A stretch of DNA of 63,043 bases, filler included, from 4 parts of 4 records of this genome joined end to end with filler, not necessarily neighbours in it; one strand, 5' to 3'. Shown: positions 29,815-40,382, counted from the whole stretch's first letter. Notes: generated by a model from the sequence alone, not told the origin. Numbers and translations: made by a program.

Positions 29815-31482
29815 TTATTTTACGTTAATCAATCTACCTTTTTCCATTCGGATTATTTGGTTACAGCGACTTGCCCATTTCGGGTTTTCACTTACAACCA
29901 CCAAGGCCCATCCATTGGCTGGATCGGTTAAAAACTCTATCATTTTATCGGTTCCCTCTTCATCATATTGTTCCAAGGGATCTTTGAGGATCATAAGCTT
30001 CGGCCTTGTTACAATACTTCTGGCCAATACAATCTTTTTGGAAATAAAATCGGGTATTTTTTTGCCTTCGGGATATAAAATGGTTTTGAGTCCTTGGGGC
30101 TGTTCTTTTACAAACTCTGTTAAGCTCACTTTTTCCAAGGCCCAATAGACATCTTCCATGGGAATATCTTTGTTTCCAAAAGTTATATTGTCCAACAAGG
30201 TTCCCTCAAACGGATACTCTTCTTTAAGCGAGTGACCCAAATAGGAGCGGTATTGACTTAATTTAATTCCTTGTAACGCCACATTGTTCACATACAATTT
30301 ACCTTCATCAGGTTCCAATATCCCGGCAATCATCCTGAGCAATGTTGACCTACCCGACCCACTTTTTCCGTGTATCAACAATTTGGTATCGGGCTTTATG
30401 GTAAGCGATAAATGATCTATGATTTTCTTTTCCAGCCCAGGGACCCTGTAAACGATATTGTCCAACTCAATAGTCAAGCCCTCATTCTCTTTAAATGGAG
30501 TTTCCCCCTGTTGCGGCTCAATTTCCTTGTCAACTACCTGGCCCATTTTCTCCAAAGAAGTGAGAAGATCGTAGAAGGTCTCAAGGCCTAAAATCAACTT
30601 TTCAACTGAATTGATCACTAATAGAATAATAATCTCCGCAGCCACAAATTGACCGATGTTCATCTGTTGCTCCAAAACCAAAAGGCCACCGATCAACAAT
30701 AATCCGGCCGTTACCAATACCTTAAAACCTATCATTTGGATAAACTGCAAGACCAAAACCTTGAAATGGCTCTCTCTTGCTTCCAAATAATCTTCGACAA
30801 GCGCATCGTTTTTATCCAGTGCATGGGATGTTTTTCCTGAAAGCTTGAAGCTTATGATGGAACGCGCAATCTCTTGTACCCAATGTGCCACCTTATATTT
30901 AATCTTGGACTCTTCCAAGCTGGTATCCAAACCTCTTTGTGCTGTGAACTTGAACACAATATAAATGAGCAACAGCAACAGCAATCCATAAATAATAAAG
31001 AAGGGGTGATAGAAAGACAGTAATAGTAATCCAAAGATAATCTGCAGCAAAGCGGCTGGAAAATCGATAAGTATTTTGGACAATGATTTTTGTACCGTAA
31101 GCGTATCAAAAAAACGATTGGCCAACTCAGGAGGGTAATAGTACCGCAACTCGCTCATCTTAATTTTTGGGAAACGGTAGGCAAACTCAAAGGAAGATCT
31201 AGTGAAAATTTTCTGCTGAAGATTTTCGATAATACGTATCTGCATTAGTTGAAGCGCTCCCACAAAAGCAACTCCAAGGGTTACCAATACCACAAGAACA
31301 ATCCATGATGTACTTACCCTTGCCCCCTGTATAAGGTTAATAATGGCCTGGATTCCCAAAGGGAGTGAAAGGTTAACCAAACCGGCAAAGATTGCATAAT
31401 AAAATATCTGAAAAATGTCCTTTTTGTCCAAAGTTAAAAGGCCGACTAATCGTTGCCAAGCGGTGAGTATTTGTTTAGCCAT
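29815..31482 (-). CDS. Type I secretion-like ABC transporter (TMD+NBD) with degenerate NBD
   Basis: GQFVAAEI TMD motif; GKSGSGRST Walker A variant. Confidence 0.85.
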   Translation of the reverse strand: MAKQILTAWQRLVGLLTLDKKDIFQIFYYAIFAGLVNLSLPLGIQAIINLIQGARVSTSWIVLVVLVTLGVAFVGALQLMQIRIIENLQQKIFTRSSFEFAYRFPKIKMSELRYYYPPELANRFFDTLTVQKSLSKILIDFPAALLQIIFGLLLLSFYHPFFIIYGLLLLLLIYIVFKFTAQRGLDTSLEESKIKYKVAHWVQEIARSIISFKLSGKTSHALDKNDALVEDYLEARESHFKVLVLQFIQMIGFKVLVTAGLLLIGGLLVLEQQMNIGQFVAAEIIILLVINSVEKLILGLETFYDLLTSLEKMGQVVDKEIEPQQGETPFKENEGLTIELDNIVYRVPGLEKKIIDHLSLTIKPDTKLLIHGKSGSGRSTLLRMIAGILEPDEGKLYVNNVALQGIKLSQYRSYLGHSLKEEYPFEGTLLDNITFGNKDIPMEDVYWALEKVSLTEFVKEQPQGLKTILYPEGKKIPDFISKKIVLARSIVTRPKLMILKDPLEQYDEEGTDKMIEFLTDPANGWALVVVSENPKWASRCNQIIRMEKGRLINVK

Positions 31483-32161
31483 GTATATTTTGATTTAAAG
31501 TCCGAAATATGAGATTTGTGAAAAATTCGGTAGGCGTAATGGAATCATTGCAATTGGTTAGCGTAGGAAAATTTTCCTTTAAAAAATATTGGTGCAGGGC
31601 CCCCTCCATTACATTGCTAGCCAAACTTATGGGATAAGGATATTTACCGTCCACTGCAGCGATCATTTCGCTCAAACGGTTCACCAATCTTTTGTAAACC
31701 ACAAAATAACCATCCTTGTTTTCTTGGTTTACCTCTTTTACCAAATACGATTTTGAATATTCATTGATGACAAGCCTGTTCAGCACAACCTCGTTGACAT
31801 GTGATATGGAGCTGTCCTCCTCCACGTTCTGGGTTAGGATTTCAACCGCTTTTTCCAATTTTTTTACCGGATCTGAAATTCCGTTGGTGGCGAATACCAT
31901 TCGATATTCCACCCAACCCCAATACCAAGTTGCCAAATAGAGCAAAAGCTTATGCTTGTTTTCAAAATATCGGTAGATCGAACTTTCATTGGAGTTTATT
32001 TTGACACCCAATTTTTTGAACGTAAAATTGTCAAATCCCATCTCATCTATCATCAAAATACTTTGCTCTACAATATTCTTCCCCAAAGTCGAAGACTCAG
32101 GATCCTTTATGTAGAGTTTTTCATTGACTCCAATTTTTAAGGACTTCATCAATAAATCCAT
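31475..32161 (-). CDS. TetR/AcrR-family regulator
   Basis: GFDNFTFKKL...SIYRYFENK HTH. Confidence 0.9.
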   Translation of the reverse strand: MDLLMKSLKIGVNEKLYIKDPESSTLGKNIVEQSILMIDEMGFDNFTFKKLGVKINSNESSIYRYFENKHKLLLYLATWYWGWVEYRMVFATNGISDPVKKLEKAVEILTQNVEEDSSISHVNEVVLNRLVINEYSKSYLVKEVNQENKDGYFVVYKRLVNRLSEMIAAVDGKYPYPISLASNVMEGALHQYFLKENFPTLTNCNDSITPTEFFTNLIFRTLNQNIHG

Positions 32162-32281
32162 CGCACATTACTTTTAAAATTTATTCTCGCGAATATAAAA
32201 GTAATACTATTAATATCTAATACTTTAACTTTCAATTAACTCTTATGTTTTTCCCTTACTTTTGATGTAAAGCGAACAGCA

Positions 32282-32845
32282 ATGGATAAACATAGATGTG
32301 GTTGGTGTGTGGGCGACAACCTCTACGAAACCTACCATGATCAGGAATGGGGGGTCCCTGTGAAGGACGACAAAACCCTTTTCGAATTTTTGATTTTGGA
32401 GACCTTTCAGGCTGGTTTGAGGTGGATCACCGTATTAAGAAAACGTGAAAATTTTAGGAAGGCCTTTGATCAGTTTGACTACAACAAGATTGCGCATTAC
32501 GATCAAACCAAGATTGACAGCTTATTAAAAGACCCCGGAATCATCAGAAATAAATTAAAAGTATATGCTACCGTTTCCAACGCCAAAGCGTTTATGGAAG
32601 TTCAAAAAGAATTCGGTAGTTTCAGTAAATACATTTGGGGTTTTGTGGACCATAAACCGATCAAAAATGCGCGGAAAAACTATAAGGACGCTCCTGCAAC
32701 AACGGAATTATCGGACACACTGAGCAAAGATTTAAAAAAGAGAGGGTTCAAATTTGTGGGAAGTACCGTAATTTATGCCCACATGCAGGCCACGGGCATG
32801 GTAAACGATCACGAAGTAAACTGTTTTAGGTACAATGAAGTGTAA
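32282..32845 (+). CDS. tag: DNA-3-methyladenine glycosylase I
   Basis: YHDQEWG, LETFQAGL, GFKFVG, NDH...C. Confidence 0.93.
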   Translation: MDKHRCGWCVGDNLYETYHDQEWGVPVKDDKTLFEFLILETFQAGLRWITVLRKRENFRKAFDQFDYNKIAHYDQTKIDSLLKDPGIIRNKLKVYATVSNAKAFMEVQKEFGSFSKYIWGFVDHKPIKNARKNYKDAPATTELSDTLSKDLKKRGFKFVGSTVIYAHMQATGMVNDHEVNCFRYNEV

Positions 32846-33416
32846 TTATCTCCTTTTTGCAATGTGCTGTATGGCTCAAATGGTCTTTGCACAGAACAAA
32901 TACGAACGAGAATCCAGAATAGAAGTGGAAGAATTCCCTAAGAAATCCTATGGGATCATCCAAGATTATTTGAAAGATGCCAAACGGGTGCGCTTCTATC
33001 AGGAAACGGACAGCATCAAAAAGAGTTTCGAAGCCAAGTTCAAAAAAGGACGCTTGCACTATAGTGTGGAATTCGACCAAAATGGCACTTTGGAAGATGT
33101 GGAGTTCAATATAAAGGAAAGGGATATTCCAAACGATACTTGGGGAACGATCCTATACTACCTTGATGAAAACCATACCAAGTACAGGGTAAAAAAAATT
33201 CAACAACAATACCCTGTTATGGAAGACCAATCCATAGAACAAACGCTCCACAATGCTTTTCAAAATCTTATTTTACCGGAGGTAAATTACGAACTGGTGT
33301 TTGCTACCAAAGAGAACAAAGGTTATCAAGAGTATGAGGCCTTGTTCAATTCTGAAGGAAGACTGATGCGTATTCGCAAATCTTACCCATTAGGTTATGA
33401 CCATGTACTCTACTAA
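32835..33416 (+). CDS. Secreted hypothetical protein (PepSY/BLIP-like)
   Basis: Signal peptide; repeated YxVEF-D-x-NG-like motifs. Confidence 0.6.
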   Translation: MKCNYLLFAMCCMAQMVFAQNKYERESRIEVEEFPKKSYGIIQDYLKDAKRVRFYQETDSIKKSFEAKFKKGRLHYSVEFDQNGTLEDVEFNIKERDIPNDTWGTILYYLDENHTKYRVKKIQQQYPVMEDQSIEQTLHNAFQNLILPEVNYELVFATKENKGYQEYEALFNSEGRLMRIRKSYPLGYDHVLY

Positions 33417-34086
33417 GCTCCTTTCTTTTTTTGCACTTTTTTTATTGCTGCAAACTGTGAGTGGCCAGGAAAACTTTACCGCCTATTTCCAGCCCCAAAT
33501 TGCCGTAAATTATAAGGTGGCCGGTTTATATTCCCAAAATTTTTCGGTTCTGAGCAGAAACTACATCTACGACAGGGAAGAGTTACTGTTTAAGGGAAGG
33601 CAGTTGGACATTACCCATTATTCCAATCTAAAAATCAGGGACAACCAAAGTATTGCGCTTGGCATAAAATATAGGTTTCGGAATAATTTTGAGGACAAGG
33701 AGAACGAACTACGGTTTACACAACAATACAATATCACCCACAAACCCCATATCGTCCGTTTTGGACATAGGGTTAGAGCCCAACAACGCATCACAAACTC
33801 TTTGACCGTTCACAGATTCCGCTACCGCTTTGCGATGGACTTTCCCCTGATCGGGGAAAAACTAGATCTTGGGGAACCCTATTTTGTTGGAAGCTTTGAA
33901 AACCTCTTGAGCGTTGCCAAAAGCAATGCCCCGCAATACGACATTCGACTATCGGGACAGCTAGGTTGGCAACTGGACCGCGACATAAAATTTCAGATGG
34001 GATTGGAATATAGAATGGAAGATTACAGCTCGGTTCTGCCGCAAAACATACTTTTTTTATTGACGAGTGCTCAATTGTCCCTGTAA
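33397..34086 (+). CDS. DUF2490-like outer membrane beta-barrel
   Basis: ENELRFTQQ, HRVRAQQR, RFRYR. Confidence 0.8.
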   Translation: MTMYSTKLLSFFALFLLLQTVSGQENFTAYFQPQIAVNYKVAGLYSQNFSVLSRNYIYDREELLFKGRQLDITHYSNLKIRDNQSIALGIKYRFRNNFEDKENELRFTQQYNITHKPHIVRFGHRVRAQQRITNSLTVHRFRYRFAMDFPLIGEKLDLGEPYFVGSFENLLSVAKSNAPQYDIRLSGQLGWQLDRDIKFQMGLEYRMEDYSSVLPQNILFLLTSAQLSL

Positions 34087-34731
34087 AATTTTTACAAATT
34101 CGTTTCTGGGCATCAATTCGGCACCCAAACTCTCCAAATGATTGGTGTGCACCTGGCAGTCAATAAGCTCATAACCTTTTTCACCTAGCTCTTGTGCCAT
34201 TTTTATAAAAGCAAACTTGGACGCATTGGGACGCAAACTGAACATACTTTCCCCACAAAACACTCGTCCCAGATCAACTCCGTAAAGTCCACCAACGAGT
34301 TCTCCATCCTCCCAAACCTCAAAGGATTTGGCATATCCTTTTTTGTATAGGTTCATATAGGCATTTTTCATCTCGGGCGTAATCCACGTCCCTTCCTGCC
34401 CCTTACGTTCTATTTGGGCACAGTAATCCATCACCTGTTCAAAACACGTATTTTGGGTAAGGGCAAATGCACCGTCTCTAATAACTTTCCGCATACTTTT
34501 GGAGACTTTTACCTTTTTGGGAAAAAGCACCATACGAGGGTCAGGGGTCCACCAAAGGATCAACGAATCATCATTGAACCAGGGAAAAATTCCGTTTTGG
34601 TAGGCCAGCAACAACCTTTCTGGCGACAAATCCCCTCCAACGGCAAGCAGACCATCTTCGCTAGCGGTATCAACAGGTGGAAACTCCAATCTTTTGTCCA
34701 AAAAATGTAAGGGAGTATTTTCCAAAGTCAA
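34057..34731 (-). CDS. aat: Leucyl/phenylalanyl-tRNA--protein transferase
   Basis: GLLAVGGDL, GIFPW, FCGESMFS, IDCQ. Confidence 0.95.
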   Translation of the reverse strand: MTLENTPLHFLDKRLEFPPVDTASEDGLLAVGGDLSPERLLLAYQNGIFPWFNDDSLILWWTPDPRMVLFPKKVKVSKSMRKVIRDGAFALTQNTCFEQVMDYCAQIERKGQEGTWITPEMKNAYMNLYKKGYAKSFEVWEDGELVGGLYGVDLGRVFCGESMFSLRPNASKFAFIKMAQELGEKGYELIDCQVHTNHLESLGAELMPRNEFVKILQGQLSTRQ

Positions 34732-34818
34732 TTTTTTCTAAAAATACAAATCGGCTTAAAAAAAAGAAAATCCGAACCTAGAGGTCCAGATTTTTGTTTG
34801 AAAAATAGTTTTCTCCGA

Positions 34819-35196
34819 TTAAAAGGGCAAGTCGTCATGGTCTTCCTCGTTCAGGTCGTCCGCCGGTTCAAAAGCTTCCATTGGCGGAACGGGAGGCATA
34901 TTGTCGGCACCCTGTTCTTGTTGTAGGTTTTCGATCCGCCACCCTTGGATAGAGTTGAAATACTTGGTTTCCCCTTGTGGATTCACCCACTCTCTACCTC
35001 TAAGATTAATACTGATTTTTACCATTTGGCCAACACTGTAGTTGTTTAGCATATCGCACTTATCCTGCACAAACTCCACCAATATATGTTGTGGATATTG
35101 CTCCTCGGTGGTCACTACCACTTCTCTTTTCCTGAAACCGTTGTTACCATATGTTTTGGTCTCATCTATCATTTTGATTCTTCCCTGAACTTCCAT
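34819..35196 (-). CDS. DUF3127 OB-fold protein with SSB-like acidic tail
   Basis: EQYPQHI, INLRGREW, C-terminal DDLPF. Confidence 0.85.
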   Translation of the reverse strand: MEVQGRIKMIDETKTYGNNGFRKREVVVTTEEQYPQHILVEFVQDKCDMLNNYSVGQMVKISINLRGREWVNPQGETKYFNSIQGWRIENLQQEQGADNMPPVPPMEAFEPADDLNEEDHDDLPF

Positions 35197-35318
35197 GCAA
35201 TGTTAATTTTTGTTGAAAACTCAAAAGTACATAAAATGAATTCCAAAGGCAGCCGTTATTTCAACGAACTATCAACATGTTTTCCAATTACCTATCTTTA
35301 AAAAGAATTTGACCACCA

Positions 35319-36470
35319 ATGAACTTTACTCCAAAAAGGAAAGCTTCCAACATTATAATGCTGATTTCGGCATTTGTCATTGTGAGTCTTATTTTATGGA
35401 ATACCAACAGTTTTTTTAGAAAATTTAAGGAGGAGGAAAGGTTAAAAATGGAAATATGGGCCACCGCCCAATTGGAACTGATCCAATCGTCGGTGGATCA
35501 AGAATTGGGAAATCTTACGCTCAAGGTACTGGGCAACAACACATCCACCCCCATGATTTTGATGAACCAAGAAGGATCTTACAAAACACACAATATTCCA
35601 GAAGATAAAGTTGCGGATAGTGCTTACATCCAAAAAAAGATTGCCCAGTTCAAGAATGAAAACCAACCCATACAGATAATTCAAGAGGACGAATTGTTGG
35701 AAACATTATATTATGGCAACTCCGAGGTCTTGAACAAATTAAAATACTACCCCTTGGCTTTACTGTTGATCATTTTCTTGTTCGGTGCGGTCATCTTCTT
35801 TTTCTTCCGCACCAACAAGGCATCGGAACAGAACAAACTTTGGGCGGGCATGGCAAAAGAAACGGCCCATCAAATAGGAACACCGCTTACATCCTTATTA
35901 GGTTGGAACGAACTTTTAAAATCGGAGGACATCAACCCTGAAGTCACACAAGAAATAGCAAAGGATATTGATCGTTTGGAGACCATTACCGAGCGTTTTT
36001 CCAAAATTGGTTCCGTTCCCGAATTGCGCGAGCATAACATTGTAGCCGAAACCACCAAAGCCTATGAGTATCTTAAACAACGTAGTTCCAAACTGGTACA
36101 TTTTTCTTTTAGCTCCAATGTAGATGAAGCACTTGTATTGATGAACCCTCCCCTTTACAATTGGAGCATAGAGAATTTGGTAAAGAATGGTATCGATGCT
36201 ATGAAGGGGAAAGGCAACATTGCCATTCAGATTGAAAAGAAAGGTCAAAACATCAACATTCAGGTTTCAGATACAGGTCATGGCATCCCAAAAAGTGACT
36301 TTCAAAATATTTTTAATCCAGGGGTCACATCAAAGCAAAGGGGCTGGGGATTAGGGCTTTCCTTGGTAAAAAGAATTGTTGAAGAGTACCATAAAGGAAA
36401 AATTAAAGTATTTTCGTCAAGTAAGGAAGGAACTATCATGCAAATTTCTCTGAAAGCAATAGAAAATTGA
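35319..36470 (+). CDS. Sensor histidine kinase
   Basis: KETAHQIGTPL H-box; N box; DTGHG; GWGLGL. Confidence 0.93.
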   Translation: MNFTPKRKASNIIMLISAFVIVSLILWNTNSFFRKFKEEERLKMEIWATAQLELIQSSVDQELGNLTLKVLGNNTSTPMILMNQEGSYKTHNIPEDKVADSAYIQKKIAQFKNENQPIQIIQEDELLETLYYGNSEVLNKLKYYPLALLLIIFLFGAVIFFFFRTNKASEQNKLWAGMAKETAHQIGTPLTSLLGWNELLKSEDINPEVTQEIAKDIDRLETITERFSKIGSVPELREHNIVAETTKAYEYLKQRSSKLVHFSFSSNVDEALVLMNPPLYNWSIENLVKNGIDAMKGKGNIAIQIEKKGQNINIQVSDTGHGIPKSDFQNIFNPGVTSKQRGWGLGLSLVKRIVEEYHKGKIKVFSSSKEGTIMQISLKAIEN

Positions 36471-36477
36471 TTTACTT

Positions 36478-36828
36478 ATGGCCAAGGAAAGACAACTTGT
36501 AATTCAAGAAGCTGATATCACTAATAACTGCCCCGAATGTTTTAATCAGGAACTGAAGATTACTTTTTACCAAAAGCATACTTTTAACGCCCTTTACCAC
36601 AGGACCACGGGTGTGGTCACCCACGAAATCAAGTGTAAAAAGTGCAACTCCGTTATATATCCCGTAAACTGGACCCCAGATATTGAACGGGTTTTTGATT
36701 ACTACAACAAACTGGTAAAGCCAGACAGGCCTGCCGTACGGTTCACCATGCTGTTTTTCATCATTTTGGTACTGATGCTGTGCTTGGTGGCGGCAGGAGT
36801 CTATTTTTATATAGAAGGCATTAATTAA
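36478..36828 (+). CDS. Hypothetical Zn-binding membrane protein
   Basis: CPEC and CKKC; C-terminal TM. Confidence 0.7.
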   Translation: MAKERQLVIQEADITNNCPECFNQELKITFYQKHTFNALYHRTTGVVTHEIKCKKCNSVIYPVNWTPDIERVFDYYNKLVKPDRPAVRFTMLFFIILVLMLCLVAAGVYFYIEGIN

Positions 36829-37213
36829 GACAAGTCCTTATTTTAGCCGCAACACTTTCAAATTCTTCTTTGGAAAGTTCTACTTTGTGTTGAAAAGTGG
36901 CATTAGCCATACTTTGAAGCGGTATTAGATGCACATGAACGTGTGGCACTTCCAAACCAATAACCGACATTCCCACACGCTTGCAAGGTATCGCTTGTTC
37001 TATGGCAATGGCAATTTTCCGTGAAAAAGACATCAATTTCATATAAGATTCCTCATCAAGATCGGTAAGCTTGTCCACCTCCTTCTTGGGAATGCATAGC
37101 GTATGTCCTTTGGAGTTGGGGTTTATGTCCAAAAACGCATAGTTATCATCATCCTCCGCAATTTTATAGGAGGGTATTTCGCCATTGATGATTTTTGTGA
37201 AGATGCTGGCCAT
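36821..37213 (-). CDS. HIT-family hydrolase
   Basis: VPHVHVHLIP. Confidence 0.95.
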   Translation of the reverse strand: MASIFTKIINGEIPSYKIAEDDDNYAFLDINPNSKGHTLCIPKKEVDKLTDLDEESYMKLMSFSRKIAIAIEQAIPCKRVGMSVIGLEVPHVHVHLIPLQSMANATFQHKVELSKEEFESVAAKIRTCLN

Positions 37214-37283
37214 TTTGATTCGATTTAAAAAATAAAAAAATCCCGTCTTTCAACGGGATTAAATATAACCAATTTAGTTACTG

Positions 37284-37760
37284 CTACGCTCTTGTTATCT
37301 CTAAAACTTCAAATTTCAAGGTTCCGTTTGGCACCTTGATCTCTGCGACATCACCCACTTTTTTCCCTAACAATCCTTTCCCAATGGGAGATGTTACGGA
37401 AATCTTACCTGTTTTAAGATCGGCCTCACTTTCTGCTACCAGGGTATATTTCATTTCCATACCATTGGCTTGGTTCTTTAACTTCACGGTGGAAAGCACC
37501 AATATTTTGGAAGTGTCCAATTGGGATTCATCAATCAAACGGGCATTGGCCAAGGTTTCTTCCATTTTGGAAATTTTCATCTCCAAAAGTCCCTGAGCTT
37601 CTTTGGCCGCATCGTATTCTGCATTCTCGGAAAGATCTCCTTTGTCCCTTGCCTCTGCAATGGCCTGTGAGGCTTTGGGACGTTCCACGTCTTTCAAGTG
37701 GTTCAATTCGTCCCTCAATTTCTTCAATCCTTCAGGCGTATAGTATGAAACTTTGCTCAT
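37284..37760 (-). CDS. greA: Transcription elongation factor GreA
   Basis: GDLSENAEY, ISVTSPIG. Confidence 0.96.
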   Translation of the reverse strand: MSKVSYYTPEGLKKLRDELNHLKDVERPKASQAIAEARDKGDLSENAEYDAAKEAQGLLEMKISKMEETLANARLIDESQLDTSKILVLSTVKLKNQANGMEMKYTLVAESEADLKTGKISVTSPIGKGLLGKKVGDVAEIKVPNGTLKFEVLEITRA

Positions 37761-37946
37761 AACATTAATTTTTAATGCAAAGAGACATTGAAGAAAATCA
37801 AAAAATTTCCCCAATGTACTCTTCTTTACAAATACAAAAAATCCTCAACTATACCCATGACCTGCATGGTATTTTTGCGAGGATTTAACGCAAATATAGG
37901 CAATTTTTCATCAACTTTGTCCAAGAAACATTTTCAAACATTGACT

Positions 37947-38381
37947 ATGAAACACTTGTGGGCCATTGTGATTATGGTGCTTATTTTATCCTGTAGCTCG
38001 GACACTACCAATCGAAATCCATATTTGCAAGAGGTTCGTTTTCGATTTGAATTGAATCTGAACCTCCCCTTGTACAATAATTTACAAAATATTGGAAACC
38101 CCGTTTATGTGGGCAACAACGGCGTAGGTACAAGAGGTGCTTTTGTTATCAATGCAGGATCGAGCTTTATGGCATGGGAAGCCAGTTGTCCCAATCATGT
38201 TCCCAATGAATGTTCCACAATGACCATCGAAGGGCAGAACGCCGTTTGTAGTTGTGAGGGATATACCTATAATTTATTTACGGGGCAGCAATTAGACAGG
38301 CCCGATGATGGAAATCGATATCACGACCTTTTATTTTATAGGGCCGAACAAAGTGGAAACGTTGTAGTTATATCCAATTAA
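37947..38381 (+). CDS. Rieske-like lipoprotein
   Basis: Lipobox LILSC; CPNH...CSCEG...YNLFTG. Confidence 0.7.
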   Translation: MKHLWAIVIMVLILSCSSDTTNRNPYLQEVRFRFELNLNLPLYNNLQNIGNPVYVGNNGVGTRGAFVINAGSSFMAWEASCPNHVPNECSTMTIEGQNAVCSCEGYTYNLFTGQQLDRPDDGNRYHDLLFYRAEQSGNVVVISN

Positions 38382-38389
38382 TTTTTAGA

Positions 38390-39376
38390 ATGAAGTACAG
38401 AAAACTCGGAAAAACAGGCATACAAGTTTCGGAAATCTCTTTAGGCACCTGGCAAGTAGGAGGAAAATGGGGTTCTGGATTTAATGATGCTTTAGCTGAA
38501 CGGATCATCAATGAAGCTATAGATGCCGGTGTAAACTTTATAGATACCGCAGATGTTTACGAAGCCGGATCAAGTGAGGCCGCCGTGGTCCGAGTAGTAA
38601 AATCAAGGTCCGAAGAAGTTTTTGTGGCCACCAAATGTGGAAGACAGATCAATCCGCACGTGAATGAAGGCTATACTGTGGACATACTGCGAAAATATGT
38701 GGAGGACAGCTTAAAAAACACCGGGCTGGAATGTTTGGATTTGATTCAACTGCACTGCCCTCCAACAGAAGTGTATTACCGTCCCGAAATTTTTGAGTTG
38801 TTCGATCGATTAAAGGATGAAGGCAAAATAAAAAACCTCGGTGTCAGCGTGGAAAAAGTGGAAGAAGGCTTAAAGGCCATTGAATATTCCAATGTCAACA
38901 CGGTCCAAATCATATACAACATGTTCAGGCAACGCCCATCGGGACTGTTCTTTGAACAGGCAAAGAAAAAGGACATCGGTGTAATTGTCCGCGTGCCTTT
39001 GGCCAGCGGGTTGCTTACAGGTAAATTTTCTCAGGACTCCACCTTTGACAAAGATGACCATAGGTTCTTTAACAGGGACGGTGCTGCTTTTGATAAGGGC
39101 GAAACCTTTAGCGGGGTTCCTTTTGATGTTGGGCTGAAAACCGTAAATGAACTTAAAAAGGTATTTCCTGATAGCGAAAACCTGGCTCCCATCGCACTTC
39201 GTTGGATATTGGATTTTCCCGAGGTCAGTTGTATTATTCCTGGAGCATCCAAAGTAGAGCACCTAAAAAGCAATCTTGAGGCTGTAAAATTACCTCCGCT
39301 TACGGAAGATGAAAGGGAGGCTGTAAACCAAATTTATAACAAGCACATCAAAAAGCACGTGCACCAACTTTGGTAG
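38390..39376 (+). CDS. Aldo/keto reductase
   Basis: FIDTADVY, ATKCG, QLH, IPGA. Confidence 0.93.
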   Translation: MKYRKLGKTGIQVSEISLGTWQVGGKWGSGFNDALAERIINEAIDAGVNFIDTADVYEAGSSEAAVVRVVKSRSEEVFVATKCGRQINPHVNEGYTVDILRKYVEDSLKNTGLECLDLIQLHCPPTEVYYRPEIFELFDRLKDEGKIKNLGVSVEKVEEGLKAIEYSNVNTVQIIYNMFRQRPSGLFFEQAKKKDIGVIVRVPLASGLLTGKFSQDSTFDKDDHRFFNRDGAAFDKGETFSGVPFDVGLKTVNELKKVFPDSENLAPIALRWILDFPEVSCIIPGASKVEHLKSNLEAVKLPPLTEDEREAVNQIYNKHIKKHVHQLW

Positions 39377-39380
39377 TATC

Positions 39381-40382
39381 TTATCTTGTTTCCAGGATTT
39401 TTTCCATGACCCAAGCCGTATGCAAACCAGTCTTTCCAGTTGATGGATGTACTGCATTGCCCAAAAGGTGCTGCTTTATATTTTCCACATGAAACTCCTG
39501 AATATGATCGGGGTAGGGAATTTCCAAAGTTTGATATCCCGATGCATTCTCCAATTCAATCGGTGCTTCATCCAAAACGGCAAAACGAATGCTTCCTTGG
39601 GAACCCAAAATTTCGACTTTGTCCGTTCGGTGATACGTTCCAAAATTCCAACTGCCTGCACCGGTAATGCCGCTCTCGTGTATCCAATTTGCAGTTACAG
39701 CATCAAAAGCGGAATATAAGTCGAGTTGATTGGTTCCAAAACCGTGGGCATCTTCAATATCACCCAATAGAAAGGCAAACAAATCCAGCCCATGACTGGC
39801 CAAATCATCAAAATATCCGCCTCGGGCAATCGTGGCATCGGTACGCCAGTTATATTTTTTGCTCAAATCAACCTTATTGGGCGGTTTGGTTTTTTGCCAA
39901 TGAATATGCCGTACTTTACCTATTTGCCCATCATCCAACCATTGTTTAATTTTTAAAAAACGGAGCAACGAACGACGATAATACGCTACAAAAAGCGGAA
40001 TATTCTTAACCTGAAAGGCTTCATAAATCGCCAAACTATCCTCGTAGTTTGGAGCAATAGGCTTTTCAATACAACAGGGTTTACCAACCTGGGCCACCTT
40101 TAACGCATACAATTTATGTGTGTCGGGAGGTGTAGCGATGTAAATAGCATCAATATTAGGGTTATTGATAACCTCATCGGCATTGGTGGTCCATTTTGGA
40201 ACGTTGTGCCTTTTGGCATAGTCTTCGGCTTTTTCTGAATTGCGCCGCATAACCGCATCAACCCGAAAGCCAGCAGTGTTTTTATAAGCTGGCACACTTT
40301 TCTTTTCCGCCACACTGCCGCAACCAATCACGCCCCAGCGAAGGGGTTCTTCTTCGGAGAAATGAAAACGGGATTCTGTCAT
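39381..40382 (-). CDS. Gfo/Idh/MocA oxidoreductase
   Basis: GVIGCG, ATPP, IEKP, DLASH. Confidence 0.92.
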   Translation of the reverse strand: MTESRFHFSEEEPLRWGVIGCGSVAEKKSVPAYKNTAGFRVDAVMRRNSEKAEDYAKRHNVPKWTTNADEVINNPNIDAIYIATPPDTHKLYALKVAQVGKPCCIEKPIAPNYEDSLAIYEAFQVKNIPLFVAYYRRSLLRFLKIKQWLDDGQIGKVRHIHWQKTKPPNKVDLSKKYNWRTDATIARGGYFDDLASHGLDLFAFLLGDIEDAHGFGTNQLDLYSAFDAVTANWIHESGITGAGSWNFGTYHRTDKVEILGSQGSIRFAVLDEAPIELENASGYQTLEIPYPDHIQEFHVENIKQHLLGNAVHPSTGKTGLHTAWVMEKILETR

